Of a DNA stretch of 64,000 nt, positions 46,971 through 55,972 are shown piece after piece; the stretch's first letter is position 1, and every line of letters starts with the position of its first letter. The DNA comes from Clostridiales bacterium (GTDB lineage Bacteria; Bacillota; Clostridia; Lachnospirales; JAISER01). The DNA is taken from contig JAISER010000079.1 in NCBI GenBank assembly GCA_031263985.1, forward strand, positions 750 through 64,749, written 5' to 3'. The notes under the pieces were generated by a model. That model was not told where the DNA came from. It saw only the letters and a program-made list of their open reading frames with translations, and did not search any database. Made by a program: the position numbers and the translations under genes.

Positions 46971-47840
46971 TTGGGCAATTTACGCGATTATATCACCGGC
47001 GAATATATAAAGCGGCTTAACGCCGCCAGGCTTAACGTCGCCGCGAAAACAGGCGCGGGCGCGGGCGCGCGCAAATCGAACGCGAAAGGCGGCTCTTTAG
47101 AATTTTCGGATTTCAGAGACTATTCGCCAGGCGACGACATACGCCGCGTAGACTGGAACAGTTACGGCAGACTGAACAAGCTTTTTATAAAAGTGTTCGA
47201 AGAGGAGCGTCAGGCTTCCGTCAATATTTTTATCGACAAAAGTAAGTCTATGGCCGTCAGTGAACGAAAGTATGACTTCGCCAGGTTGGCGGCGGCTACG
47301 CTCGCTTATTTGGCGCTTAATAAATACGACAAAGTCGGCTTTTATTGCTGTGACTCGGCCGTAAGCGTAAAATCGGGACGCTTTGAGGGCAAAAACGCCT
47401 TTGGGCGCGCGGTGGATTTTTTAAACGGAATCGAAGCCGGCGGCGAAACGGCGCTGGCCGCCGCCGTGGAACAAACGCTCAAAACGGAACGGCTGATTGG
47501 CGGGATAAGCTTTTTAATCTCAGATTTTTTCTCCGGAGATGACTATGGAAAAGCGCTCGAGGCGCTTCGAACGAAAGGTCACAATGTCGCGTTGATACAC
47601 GTGCTGGATAAAACGGAGACTGACCCGGATTTGTCGGACGCCGCGCGGCTGGTAGACGCGGAAACCGGCGGCTTTAGAGACGTTTTCATTACCAGTGACG
47701 TAATCAAGGCTTATAAAGCGGCGCTTGCCGAGTTTAAGAGCGCTATCGCGGAATTCTGCCGGCGGCGCGGCGCGGCTTACGTGTTCGCGCGTTCAGACGA
47801 AGACGCGATTTTCGCGTTGCGGCGCTTCTATGTCATTTAG
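46971..47840 (+). CDS. DUF58-domain protein (MoxR partner)
   Basis: FSDFRDYSPGDDIRRVDWN motif. TTG start after ACGGAGG. Confidence 0.8.
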   Translation: MGNLRDYITGEYIKRLNAARLNVAAKTGAGAGARKSNAKGGSLEFSDFRDYSPGDDIRRVDWNSYGRLNKLFIKVFEEERQASVNIFIDKSKSMAVSERKYDFARLAAATLAYLALNKYDKVGFYCCDSAVSVKSGRFEGKNAFGRAVDFLNGIEAGGETALAAAVEQTLKTERLIGGISFLISDFFSGDDYGKALEALRTKGHNVALIHVLDKTETDPDLSDAARLVDAETGGFRDVFITSDVIKAYKAALAEFKSAIAEFCRRRGAAYVFARSDEDAIFALRRFYVI

Positions 47841-47863
47841 TTTAAAGCGGATCTTTTTCTAAT

Positions 47864-47981
47864 ATGACTATCCAACCGTTTCATGAAGCCGCGCGAATGC
47901 GCGGCGCGGGGTCCGGGGTCGAAGACCCCGGCGGGGTTTGAGGCGGAGCCCCAAGGTCTTTATGATTTGTCTGGATGTCAT
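47864..47981 (+). repeat. MITE-like family B, full copy
   Basis: Lies 23 nt downstream of the DUF58 stop. Nearly identical to 2607..2725. Confidence 0.8.
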
Positions 47982-48029
47982 TTTTTCTAAAGTCTTCCAG
48001 CGCTCATCGCGTATATTTTGTGAATGCGC

Positions 48030-48095
48030 GGCTTTCGCGTTTGGGAAAAAATGAGCGCGAAATTTCGCTAAAACGAGATTTTGAACAAGCTCTAA
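48030..48095. repeat. MITE-like family A, one arm
   Basis: ...CGCGTTTGGGAAAAAATGAGCGCGAAATTTCGCTAAAACGAGATTTTGAACAAGCTCTAA. Confidence 0.6.
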
Positions 48096-48110
48096 AATGG
48101 AGCGATAACG

Positions 48111-49712
48111 ATGAAAAAAAACGATTTCATCATAAGGCTGCTTCTGCTGATTGAATTTTTATTGATCGCCATGCTTTGCGCGGTCGTTTTGCGCTTTTTC
48201 CCGGCCAACCATACCGTCGTATGTCTTGTTTTCGGCATGTCTGGAGTTTTCGGCGCTTATTCTGTAATGAAATACGGTCAGTCGCGCAGAGAGCGCCGCA
48301 ATTTGACGGAAATTATCCTCAGGCTCGATACTATTAACATGGAGGAGTCCGAACCGGCGGTCGAAGTTGACTTGCCCGGTTTGCGCCCTTATTTCGATAA
48401 GGTGGAGGAAATTCGGCAGCGTCAGATTAGAACGGAAAAAGACCGTGAGCGCATACTCAGCATAGTGAATTCCGTGGCGGTGAACATGGAGATAGAAGAT
48501 TTGCTTGAAAGCCTTCTGCCCGAACTTATAGACGTTACCGCCAGCAACTGCGGCGCCTTTTATCTTGCCAACAACTCGACGAATAGGCTTGAGATTAAAA
48601 AATCGATAGGCTTCAGTAAGAACATATACAGCGAGTTTGATCTTGTGATAGGCGAGGGGTTCGTCGGACTCTCCGCCAAAAGCCAGAAAATAAAGATAAT
48701 CAAAAACCTACCCGACGAAACGGAATACGTTATACGCTCGTTTTTGGGCAAGATCAAGCCAAGAAGCGTAATGACCGTACCCATCGTTAACCAGGAGCGT
48801 TTGGTCGGCGTCTTCACCTTCGCCAGCGTGCATGATTACTCTGAAGACCAGCTCGGCATGGTAAACCTGATAAAATATTATGTGGGCGCGGCCGTGGGCA
48901 ACGCCATTACGTTCGAAAAGACCAAACGGCTCACCAATGAGCTTAAATTTCAAAACAGACTCATACAAAACCTCAATGACGACCTTGAAAAAAAAGTGGA
49001 GGAACGCACGCGCTTTTTGAACGACATACTCGACAGTATAAACGATTGCGCCATATACGCCGTTGACAAAAACGGCGCGGTGCTTGTATGGAACAAAGCG
49101 GCGGAAAGTCTTTTCGGCTATTCCGCGTCGGAGATCGTGGGCAAACACGTGTCAAACATATACCCGATGGACAGCGACGACGCGGAAGGCGTTCAGCGCA
49201 AGATTGAAAAAACATCGCTTAATGGACAGTTCACCGAAAACGGCTGGCGCTACAAAAAAGACGGCACGAGCTTTTACGCGGAGATATCCATGTTTGGGCA
49301 TTATGATCAAAACGGCGACATTACAAGCTATACGAACGTCACGCGGGACATCACGACGCTTAAAAACCTGGAAAGCGACTTATGGTTTGAAAAAGAGTTT
49401 TCGTCCAAGTTGATAGAAAATAGTACGCGCGGCCTCGTGCTCGCTGACGGTGACGGAGTCATTAAAAACATAAACAGCGTGGCGGAAAAAGTCTTAGGCG
49501 AAGATCTCGTTACAGGCCAGTCGTTTTACAATATATTTGAACAGGCTCAAGATATGCGCAACAGCGTTGAGAGGATGAACGAGACCGGCGCAAGCGAAAT
49601 GTGGCGCGCCAAGCTTAAAAATAAAAGCAAGTGGATCGACATCCAGGCGTCAATTTTGACGAGCGACGTCGATAAAACGCTTGTTTTTCATTGCTCGGAA
49701 AGCGCGGGTTAA
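48111..49712 (+). CDS. Membrane-anchored GAF plus tandem PAS sensor protein with no recognisable output domain
   Basis: Two N-terminal TM segments, a GAF-like block (about aa 120-270), a coiled coil, and PAS blocks (AVLVWNKAAESLFGYSASEIVGKHV...). Confidence 0.7.
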   Translation: MKKNDFIIRLLLLIEFLLIAMLCAVVLRFFPANHTVVCLVFGMSGVFGAYSVMKYGQSRRERRNLTEIILRLDTINMEESEPAVEVDLPGLRPYFDKVEEIRQRQIRTEKDRERILSIVNSVAVNMEIEDLLESLLPELIDVTASNCGAFYLANNSTNRLEIKKSIGFSKNIYSEFDLVIGEGFVGLSAKSQKIKIIKNLPDETEYVIRSFLGKIKPRSVMTVPIVNQERLVGVFTFASVHDYSEDQLGMVNLIKYYVGAAVGNAITFEKTKRLTNELKFQNRLIQNLNDDLEKKVEERTRFLNDILDSINDCAIYAVDKNGAVLVWNKAAESLFGYSASEIVGKHVSNIYPMDSDDAEGVQRKIEKTSLNGQFTENGWRYKKDGTSFYAEISMFGHYDQNGDITSYTNVTRDITTLKNLESDLWFEKEFSSKLIENSTRGLVLADGDGVIKNINSVAEKVLGEDLVTGQSFYNIFEQAQDMRNSVERMNETGASEMWRAKLKNKSKWIDIQASILTSDVDKTLVFHCSESAG

Positions 49713-49881
49713 GCTTTTATCTTATTAAAGAGCCTGTCCTGGAACCTGGCTCCGGCGTCCGCGCGGCGTTTTTTTACGCGACAAATCTTTTCATTCATAA
49801 TAAGCGTTTTATTATCAGCGCGGCGGGCGGATTTTTTGCGCAAACCGTCCGCCGCGCTCTTATAACTTTTCAGAACCGATT

Positions 49882-50358
49882 TTAGTAGTTATCCACGATC
49901 TCTCCGAAGAACAGCTTGTGATAATCCCCGTTGTATACGGACGCCACTATTGGCCCTGGTAAATCGTCGGCATTTAGATCTTGCGCGTAGTTTATCGCGC
50001 ACTCATAATATCTGTCGCAGCCTTCGACGACGGCTCCGTCCACTGTTTTGGCCGGCGCGAATTTGACAACCTGACTTTTATCAAAATCAGCGCCGGATTT
50101 TGACCCGCATACGGCAAGTTCCTTCACGAGCGAATCATAAGGAACGCTTATCGTAAAACTTGTCGCGTCATTAAGCAGTTTTCTGGTATAACGCTGAGGC
50201 CGGACGAGCGCTATAAAATATGGCTTTTGCCACATAAAGCCTACATAGCCCCAGGAAACGGTCATCGTGTTTGTCTTATCACCGCTTTTAACCGTCAAAA
50301 ACGCGCCTTTATCGGTAAGATGCGTGAGTGCGCGCTCTAAATCTCGCTTGTAGTCCAT
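49882..50358 (-). CDS. Flavin reductase-like domain protein
   Basis: 158 aa. GAFLTVKSGDKTNTMTVSWG is typical of the flavin-reductase-like fold. Confidence 0.65.
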   Translation of the reverse strand: MDYKRDLERALTHLTDKGAFLTVKSGDKTNTMTVSWGYVGFMWQKPYFIALVRPQRYTRKLLNDATSFTISVPYDSLVKELAVCGSKSGADFDKSQVVKFAPAKTVDGAVVEGCDRYYECAINYAQDLNADDLPGPIVASVYNGDYHKLFFGEIVDNY

Positions 50359-50449
50359 AATGAACCCCCTTTTTTATTTACAGCTGATTATAACCTAATC
50401 TGAACTAAATTTCCATACCGCTTTTTTCCCTTCCGCGTAAACACGTTAA

Positions 50450-50555
50450 TACTGAACTCAGTTTGAAACGTAGCCAACCAGGGTAAGGATTTTTCGCGTT
50501 GGGCTAGGCGTAAAACAGACCGTTCGGATGATTATGGCTTAGACTGATTTCAGTA
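50450..50555. repeat. MITE-like family C, complete
   Basis: TACTGAACTCAGTTTGAAAC ... TAGACTGATTTCAGTA. Confidence 0.7.
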
Positions 50556-50577
50556 TAAAGATGGCAACCGCCGAAGA

Positions 50578-50844
50578 TCATGGCATTCGCCTCCTTTCGC
50601 GCATTATATCGCGAATTTTCGACAGCCGGTCTATTATAAGCCGATAATTTCCCTTTTCATGAGGCAAAACGCATTCGCTGCAATCTTTTATTCCGTTATC
50701 CGTATAAGAGTGGTCGCCGCCGCACATGTCGCCAAGCGCGTAAAGCGGGCAGTAACAAAATATGCAATTAAAGTTTTCGGCGTCGTCCGTATCGTGACAG
50801 GGGAACCATTCGCATAACTTGTTTTGAAAAAAACAATAATTCAT
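50578..50844 (-). CDS. Cysteine-rich small domain protein
   Basis: 88 aa. Cysteine pattern CEWFPCH...NCIFCYCPLY...CGG...CSEC. Confidence 0.65.
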   Translation of the reverse strand: MNYCFFQNKLCEWFPCHDTDDAENFNCIFCYCPLYALGDMCGGDHSYTDNGIKDCSECVLPHEKGNYRLIIDRLSKIRDIMRERRRMP

Positions 50845-50875
50845 ATTTTAGCTCCCCTCTTCATTAATAACAGTG

Positions 50876-50904
50876 TTGACAATTTCAAAATACTGCTATA
50901 TAAT
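50876..50904 (+). promoter_or_regulatory. Consensus sigma-A promoter upstream of tRNA-Ser
   Basis: TTGACA-N17-TATAAT, exact spacing counted. Confidence 0.6.
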
Positions 50905-50984
50905 TGCGGAAGTTTTATCTGAGGCTGAAATTTACAGCCGAAAAGATTCATTTAATATTCAGCGAAAGATACGTAGGGCATTGG

Positions 50985-51072
50985 GGAGAAGTACTCAAGT
51001 GGTCGAAGAGACGCCCCTGCTAAGGGCGTAGGTCGGGAAACCGGCGCGGGGGTTCAAATCCCCCCTTCTCCG
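50985..51072 (+). tRNA. trnS: tRNA-Ser (anticodon GCT)
   Basis: Acceptor GGAGAAG/CTTCTCC, anticodon loop CTGCTAA, long variable arm, T-loop GGGGGTTCAAATCCCCC. Confidence 0.85.
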
Positions 51073-51092
51073 TTTGTTTCGTCCGCTGAACG

Positions 51093-51131
51093 CGCGCGCC
51101 GTCGCGCTTCATTAACGGCGGCGCTTTTTTT
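51093..51131 (+). terminator. Terminator after tRNA-Ser
   Basis: GC-rich hairpin GCGCCG...CGGCGC followed by T7. Confidence 0.55.
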
Positions 51132-51566
51132 ATTTGACAAATCTCCGTCCTCACCATACGACATATCCATTATATCATACTTATTCATTTACCAAACAAA
51201 AAAACACTTCGTTGACAACGAAAAATGAGTAATAGCGACACAGCGACGTGCCGCAAGGATAGACCGCGACCGGAGGAACCAATTGCGCCCCTCTTCCCGT
51301 ATAGCTCGTCTTTACATCGAGAATCAAACTAGGAGTAGCGCGCGATCACCGCATTGCCATACGTGGACGCGACGCCTCATAACTCACGACGATGATCCAA
51401 TCCTCGTCCGCAAGATCCATGCGCTGGTCGCAGCCATATTTGATCCGCGCTTCGCAAACAGCGATATACTCGTTGTCGAAAAAGAAATCGCTGAGGAACC
51501 GCGGCAAGTATGGCGAGGATATAGCGGAACAGGGAAACGATTAGAATAAACGCCGTAAGCGGCGCC

Positions 51567-51662
51567 TCAGAAAGTATTAAACTTATGCGCATGTAGTCGT
51601 AATCCGCGCTTGACATTTGCCCAAAACTTTTCAATGGGATTTAAATCAGGAGAATAGGGCGT
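51567..51662 (-). pseudogene. C-terminal fragment of a different IS630-family transposase
   Basis: The minus strand reads PYSPDLNPIEKFWANVKRGLRLHAHKFNTF followed by a stop. Confidence 0.55.
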
Positions 51663-51746
51663 GATGAATATTGCCCTAAATTAATATTCATCAGCTACAT
51701 AGTAGAATGTTCCTGAAAAAGTAACGGATTGTGATAAAATAATCCT

Positions 51747-52580
51747 ATGAGTGATGATAAAAATATCGGGAAAGAACAATAGAATATCATGAAGAAGGAC
51801 ACAATATCAGGGAACCGGCAAAGATATTCGGCATATCGCCAAACACATTGAACGCCTGGTTAAAACAATATCGCGATAACGGAGGGCTTGAGCGAAAATA
51901 CCGAAGCTATAAAACAGGCTATAAGCGGAGAAGAACCGCTAGCGCATCTAAGAGCCTGTTTAAGATCTCCATTTCGCGTCTTTTCGGATTATCTTCCGCC
52001 ACACTTTGTCAGCGCTCTTTGCGTATATTCTTCGAATACGCGGCGTTCGCGTTTCCGTGTTTGGCGAAAACTCATCACAAAAAAATCCGCTAAAAGCGAG
52101 ATTTAAAACAGATTCTTAGAACAAATCCGTGATGTTCGACCGAAAAGCATTGTTTATATTGATGAAACCGGCATCGATACTTTTTTGCGCAGAGAACACG
52201 CTTATTCCAAGCGCGGAGAAGGAGTTATCGGGCGAGTTTTCGGTAGGAAATATCGGAGTTTGGGTATTGTCGCCGTTCCAATTTAACGGAACAATGGATG
52301 TCCGGTTATGTGAGTTTTGGTTTGAAAACTGTCTCTTGCGCGAATGTCCTTCTAATTCCGTCATTATAATGGACAACGCCGCTTTTCATCGAAAGAAACG
52401 GCTTATTTCGATTGCCGAAAGCAATAAACATAAAATAGCGCTCCTGCCGCCGTATTCCCTGGAATATAACCCAATTGAGAAATTTTGGGCATGGCTTCAA
52501 CGCAAGCTCAGGCAAGAGTTATCTTATTTTGATAGTTTTGATGATTGTTTGAGGTACTGTTTCAATAGCATTCAACCATA
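51747..52580 (+). pseudogene. IS630-family transposase, inactivated
   Basis: An A5 run replaces the A6 run of copy 1, giving an early stop. The gene is also interrupted by the MITE, and the terminal stop codon is lost. Confidence 0.75.
51949..52118. repeat. MITE-like family A, complete 170-bp copy nested in IS630 copy 2
   Basis: TAAGAGCCTGTTTAAGATCTCC ... GAGATTTAAAACAGATTCTTA. TA is present at both junctions. Confidence 0.8.
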
Positions 52581-52762
52581 TTCTTGTCTACGGTCAAATT
52601 GTATAAATCTGCAAATAAAAAAATGCCTATAAAAAGCAAATTATGTCATTTCTTCATATCGCGCGGACGGTTCCTTAGGAATCGAAGCCGCCGGTCATCG
52701 AATCGTCCGACGGCCTATGACCCTCGTTTTTGGCGTTTGCGCGCCCCAGCTTACAGGAATCC

Positions 52763-55700
52763 TCATGCCAACGTGCGATTTAAAACAACTGACCAGTTGC
52801 TAAACACCCCATTTTTTCTTGTGCGAGCCCTAAATTGATAACTTCCTGTGTCGGGAATAATAAGTATGCCTTCCGAACCTTCAAATGTGGCTATCTTCCA
52901 ATCTGTCGCCGACGCTTTTTTATAGCTTACATCATAAAAAGCGTCGTCATACGGCGGGTTCCAAAGCGGTATGGCTATGCTCAATTGAAGAAAGGCAGAA
53001 GAAAGGCCTAAATGTACAGTAAACGACGTTGGCTTTTCAAGCGAAAACGTAAGCGCCCTCCCCATGGTAACCCTCGCTGAAGGACTGACGGCGCCCAAAG
53101 CGTACCCGCTGTTATTCCCCCACGCGTAAGCGTATATGTCCGAGAACAAATTGTCGCCCTCGTTTATAATCGCAAGGTTGTGATACTGCCCGGCCGAGAT
53201 CGTCCCTATATCGGATCCGTTCGATTGCGTTATTTTCTTCGGTTTATATGTAATAGTCGACGCCTTCGTGTTATACCCCAACTGTAGGCTGTCGTTCTTT
53301 CCCCATGTCCACATGTACCCCGCCGAATCAAGCGACAGGTTGTGGTCAACGCTCGCGGAAATAGATTTTATAACGACGCCCGACGAAGCCACTAAGGTGG
53401 TGTCCACCGTTTGCGTCCCCGTGTAAGCGGTCAAGTTCCCCTTTCCCAACTGCCCTGACGCGTTTTGACCAAATGATTTCAGAACGGCGCCGCCTGACTG
53501 TAAAGCCAGCCCATGCCCGGCGCCCGCGGCTATCTCGACGATATCGCTAAGCCCGGCTATCGCGGTCGCTTCATAAATATTGGTCTCGGAAGACGAGCTT
53601 ATCTTGTTGAAGTCGTTGCGTCCCCAACCGTAAACCTGCCCGTCCGCGCTAAGGGCCAAGCTGAAATCTCCCCCGGCGGCTATATCGACAAAGCTGACGC
53701 CGCTTGGTTTGATTACTTTCATGGCCTGCGATCTGTATGTCGTGTAATCGTCGCCCAGTTGCCCGTAATCGTTGCGCCCCCAAGCGTAAACGTCGCCGTT
53801 TGAGTAAAGCGCCAGACTGTAGTCGCCGAACGCGGATATTTTTAATATGTTGTTTAACGGCGTGAGTATGATTGAAAAAAGCTCGTGCGGCTTCTGCACC
53901 GTTACGGGCGCCGTTTGGTCTGTCGTCGTCATATCTCCGAGCTGCCCGTAGTTGTTGCGTCCCCAAGCCGCCACCGTTCCGTTCGATTGCAGAGCGAGGG
54001 AATGTTCCGCGCCTCCGGCTATCGCGATTACATCCTTCAGCCCTGTGACCGTTTGCGGCTGAGCCGTGTCGGACGAAGTCGTTCCGTTACCTGACGCGCC
54101 GTTACCAAGCTGGCCGTATGTATTGGAGCCCCATGTGGAAACCGTGCCGTTCGGGTTAATCGCCAGCGAAAAGTCTTTTCCGGCGGCGACGCGGGGATGC
54201 GTCGTGCGGGCGACGTCGAGCGCGCGCTGCGCGTTAAGCCTGCCGCCTGTTAAGACTTTCTTTGATATGTACGGCTCTATTCCATTTAATGACTGCATAA
54301 CGTCCACACTGTCAAGTATCGCCTTTTTAATTTCGGCGGTCGTCAGTTCCGGGTTGTACGCCTTGATCAAAGCGGCGACGCCTGTGACCATAGGCGCTGC
54401 ATAAGAAGCGCCTAAATGAATTCCATAGCGATTGTTCGGCCGAGGTCCATATATAAATTTACCTGGCGCCGCTAAATCGACGCTGACAGAACCGTAATTT
54501 GACCCACCGTTATAAAACGTTTCGCTTTTGTTGGTCGGGTTAATTGCGGTGGCGGCGACGGATATCAAGTTGTCGCAGTCAAACGACGATGGGTAACTCT
54601 TAATATTATCGTAAGCGTCAATGGACCCTAAGGTATTTCCAGCCGCAACCACCATAAGGCCTTTGTAACTGTTAATCGCGTCTTCTACGGGAATATATTG
54701 CGCCTTATCCTCATCAGCGTTAGTTGTTTGCCATCCTCCGCTAAAGTTAATAATTTCTATATTGTTATTATTAGCGAACGCTATCGCTGACACTACGGCG
54801 GAAGCTTCGAAGCCTGACCCGCTATCTTTTCTGACTTTCAAGGGGACAATTTCAACGTTAGGAGCTACGCCCGTAAACGAAATATTATTGTTCCATTTAG
54901 CTCCAAGAATGCCCGCCACAGCGGTTCCGTGATAATATTCGGCGATTGTTGAAGGCAAAGGGGACGGATCGTTGTCATCATCCGCGAAATCCTTCCTTAG
55001 AGAACTATCCTGCGTTATGTTAGCCAGCTCAGGATGCGACATGTCAAAGCCGTTATCAATAACCGCGACTTTGACTCTTGATTCCGGATCTCCGGCGGCA
55101 TAGCTCCACACGTATGGCATTTTTATAGCGTCAAGCGCGAGACTTGCCGTATAACCCGGGTTGTCGCTTAGAAAGCCAGCGTCAATAGAGGGATAATAAT
55201 CTGACGGAATGTACTCGCTGACTCCATATTCCTCCATCATATAATAGTCAGGCGTGGCGTATGCCACAAACGGATTATCATTTAAAGCGTCTATTGCGTC
55301 TATGACATTTTGTTTGCCCGGTTCTTTCAGCGTTAGCGCGATTATTTTATCCGAATCGACAATGTCAAATTCGGACGTATCGTTATATTCAATAATTGAG
55401 TTGTCTTCGCCAAACTCCGTTAAACTTTTAATATTGGAAAGCTGAACGCCTAAAAATTCGTTCGTAACGTCATCCTCATCATCGTTTGATATACTAACGC
55501 TTTTCGCGGTTGCTCCGCCGGAAGATAACTTGGCTTCATTCGTTACAATAGGCGTATCTGACAGGAAACTAGCTTTAGCTTCGTCAAACGCTTCTTTAGC
55601 GGCGACATCCGTATTAACGTTCAATTCTTCCACAATGACTGACGGTCGCGCTTTAAGACCTACTATAACGGTGTCTGGCGCAAAATCATCTTCAATGTCT

Positions 55701-55948
55701 ATGTACGTGTGCATTTGGTCTTTCTCTTCTTCCGTGAATTCGGTGACAGCGAAAGAGTCTGGTCTTTCTTTTTCCAAGTCAATGGCCGCAGCGTCGTTTA
55801 TCTCAAGTTCGTTAAATTGTGTCTCATACCCCGACGCCGCGCTTGAATCCAGCGAGTCTGAATCGGCGAAAACCGGATAAACGGCGATTTCGCCTAATAT
55901 CATGACTGATATCATAAACGCTGACAGCTGCTTGCGGCGTTGTTTCAT
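52763..55948 (-). CDS. Secreted subtilase (S8) fused to a 7-blade RCC1-like repeat propeller and a C-terminal FN3-like domain (module 2)
   Basis: 1061 aa with a signal peptide. Triad motifs VAVIDNGFD, HGTAVAG, GASYAAP. Seven WG.N.YGQLG-type repeats (WGSNTYGQLGNG, WGRNNYGQLGD, WGRNDYGQLGDD and others). Confidence 0.85.
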   Translation of the reverse strand: MKQRRKQLSAFMISVMILGEIAVYPVFADSDSLDSSAASGYETQFNELEINDAAAIDLEKERPDSFAVTEFTEEEKDQMHTYIDIEDDFAPDTVIVGLKARPSVIVEELNVNTDVAAKEAFDEAKASFLSDTPIVTNEAKLSSGGATAKSVSISNDDEDDVTNEFLGVQLSNIKSLTEFGEDNSIIEYNDTSEFDIVDSDKIIALTLKEPGKQNVIDAIDALNDNPFVAYATPDYYMMEEYGVSEYIPSDYYPSIDAGFLSDNPGYTASLALDAIKMPYVWSYAAGDPESRVKVAVIDNGFDMSHPELANITQDSSLRKDFADDDNDPSPLPSTIAEYYHGTAVAGILGAKWNNNISFTGVAPNVEIVPLKVRKDSGSGFEASAVVSAIAFANNNNIEIINFSGGWQTTNADEDKAQYIPVEDAINSYKGLMVVAAGNTLGSIDAYDNIKSYPSSFDCDNLISVAATAINPTNKSETFYNGGSNYGSVSVDLAAPGKFIYGPRPNNRYGIHLGASYAAPMVTGVAALIKAYNPELTTAEIKKAILDSVDVMQSLNGIEPYISKKVLTGGRLNAQRALDVARTTHPRVAAGKDFSLAINPNGTVSTWGSNTYGQLGNGASGNGTTSSDTAQPQTVTGLKDVIAIAGGAEHSLALQSNGTVAAWGRNNYGQLGDMTTTDQTAPVTVQKPHELFSIILTPLNNILKISAFGDYSLALYSNGDVYAWGRNDYGQLGDDYTTYRSQAMKVIKPSGVSFVDIAAGGDFSLALSADGQVYGWGRNDFNKISSSSETNIYEATAIAGLSDIVEIAAGAGHGLALQSGGAVLKSFGQNASGQLGKGNLTAYTGTQTVDTTLVASSGVVIKSISASVDHNLSLDSAGYMWTWGKNDSLQLGYNTKASTITYKPKKITQSNGSDIGTISAGQYHNLAIINEGDNLFSDIYAYAWGNNSGYALGAVSPSARVTMGRALTFSLEKPTSFTVHLGLSSAFLQLSIAIPLWNPPYDDAFYDVSYKKASATDWKIATFEGSEGILIIPDTGSYQFRARTRKNGVFSNWSVVLNRTLA

Positions 55949-55972
55949 GATATATCGCTCCCTAATATTAAA

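Larger units (their letters stand above)
51699..52580 (+). mobile_element. IS630-family insertion sequence, copy 2. It carries a nested family A MITE and a deletion of about 188 bp.
   Basis: Aligns to the reverse complement of 15325..16224 at both ends. The segment equivalent to KINPDAY...AEKVAEY is replaced by 51949..52118. Confidence 0.8.

Noticed and set aside
46442-46978. The 178-aa minus-strand ORF over the moxR 3' half.
   Set aside because: It is antisense to a confidently assigned MoxR ATPase gene.
51283-51634. ORFs 51283..51549 (+) and 51377..51634 (-) downstream of tRNA-Ser.
   Set aside because: There are no start signals or motifs. The region contains an IS630-type C-terminal fragment in another frame and appears to be decayed mobile DNA. 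An unassigned minus-strand peptide (FFFDNEYIAVCEARIKYGCDQRMDLADEDWIIVVSYEA) could not be identified.
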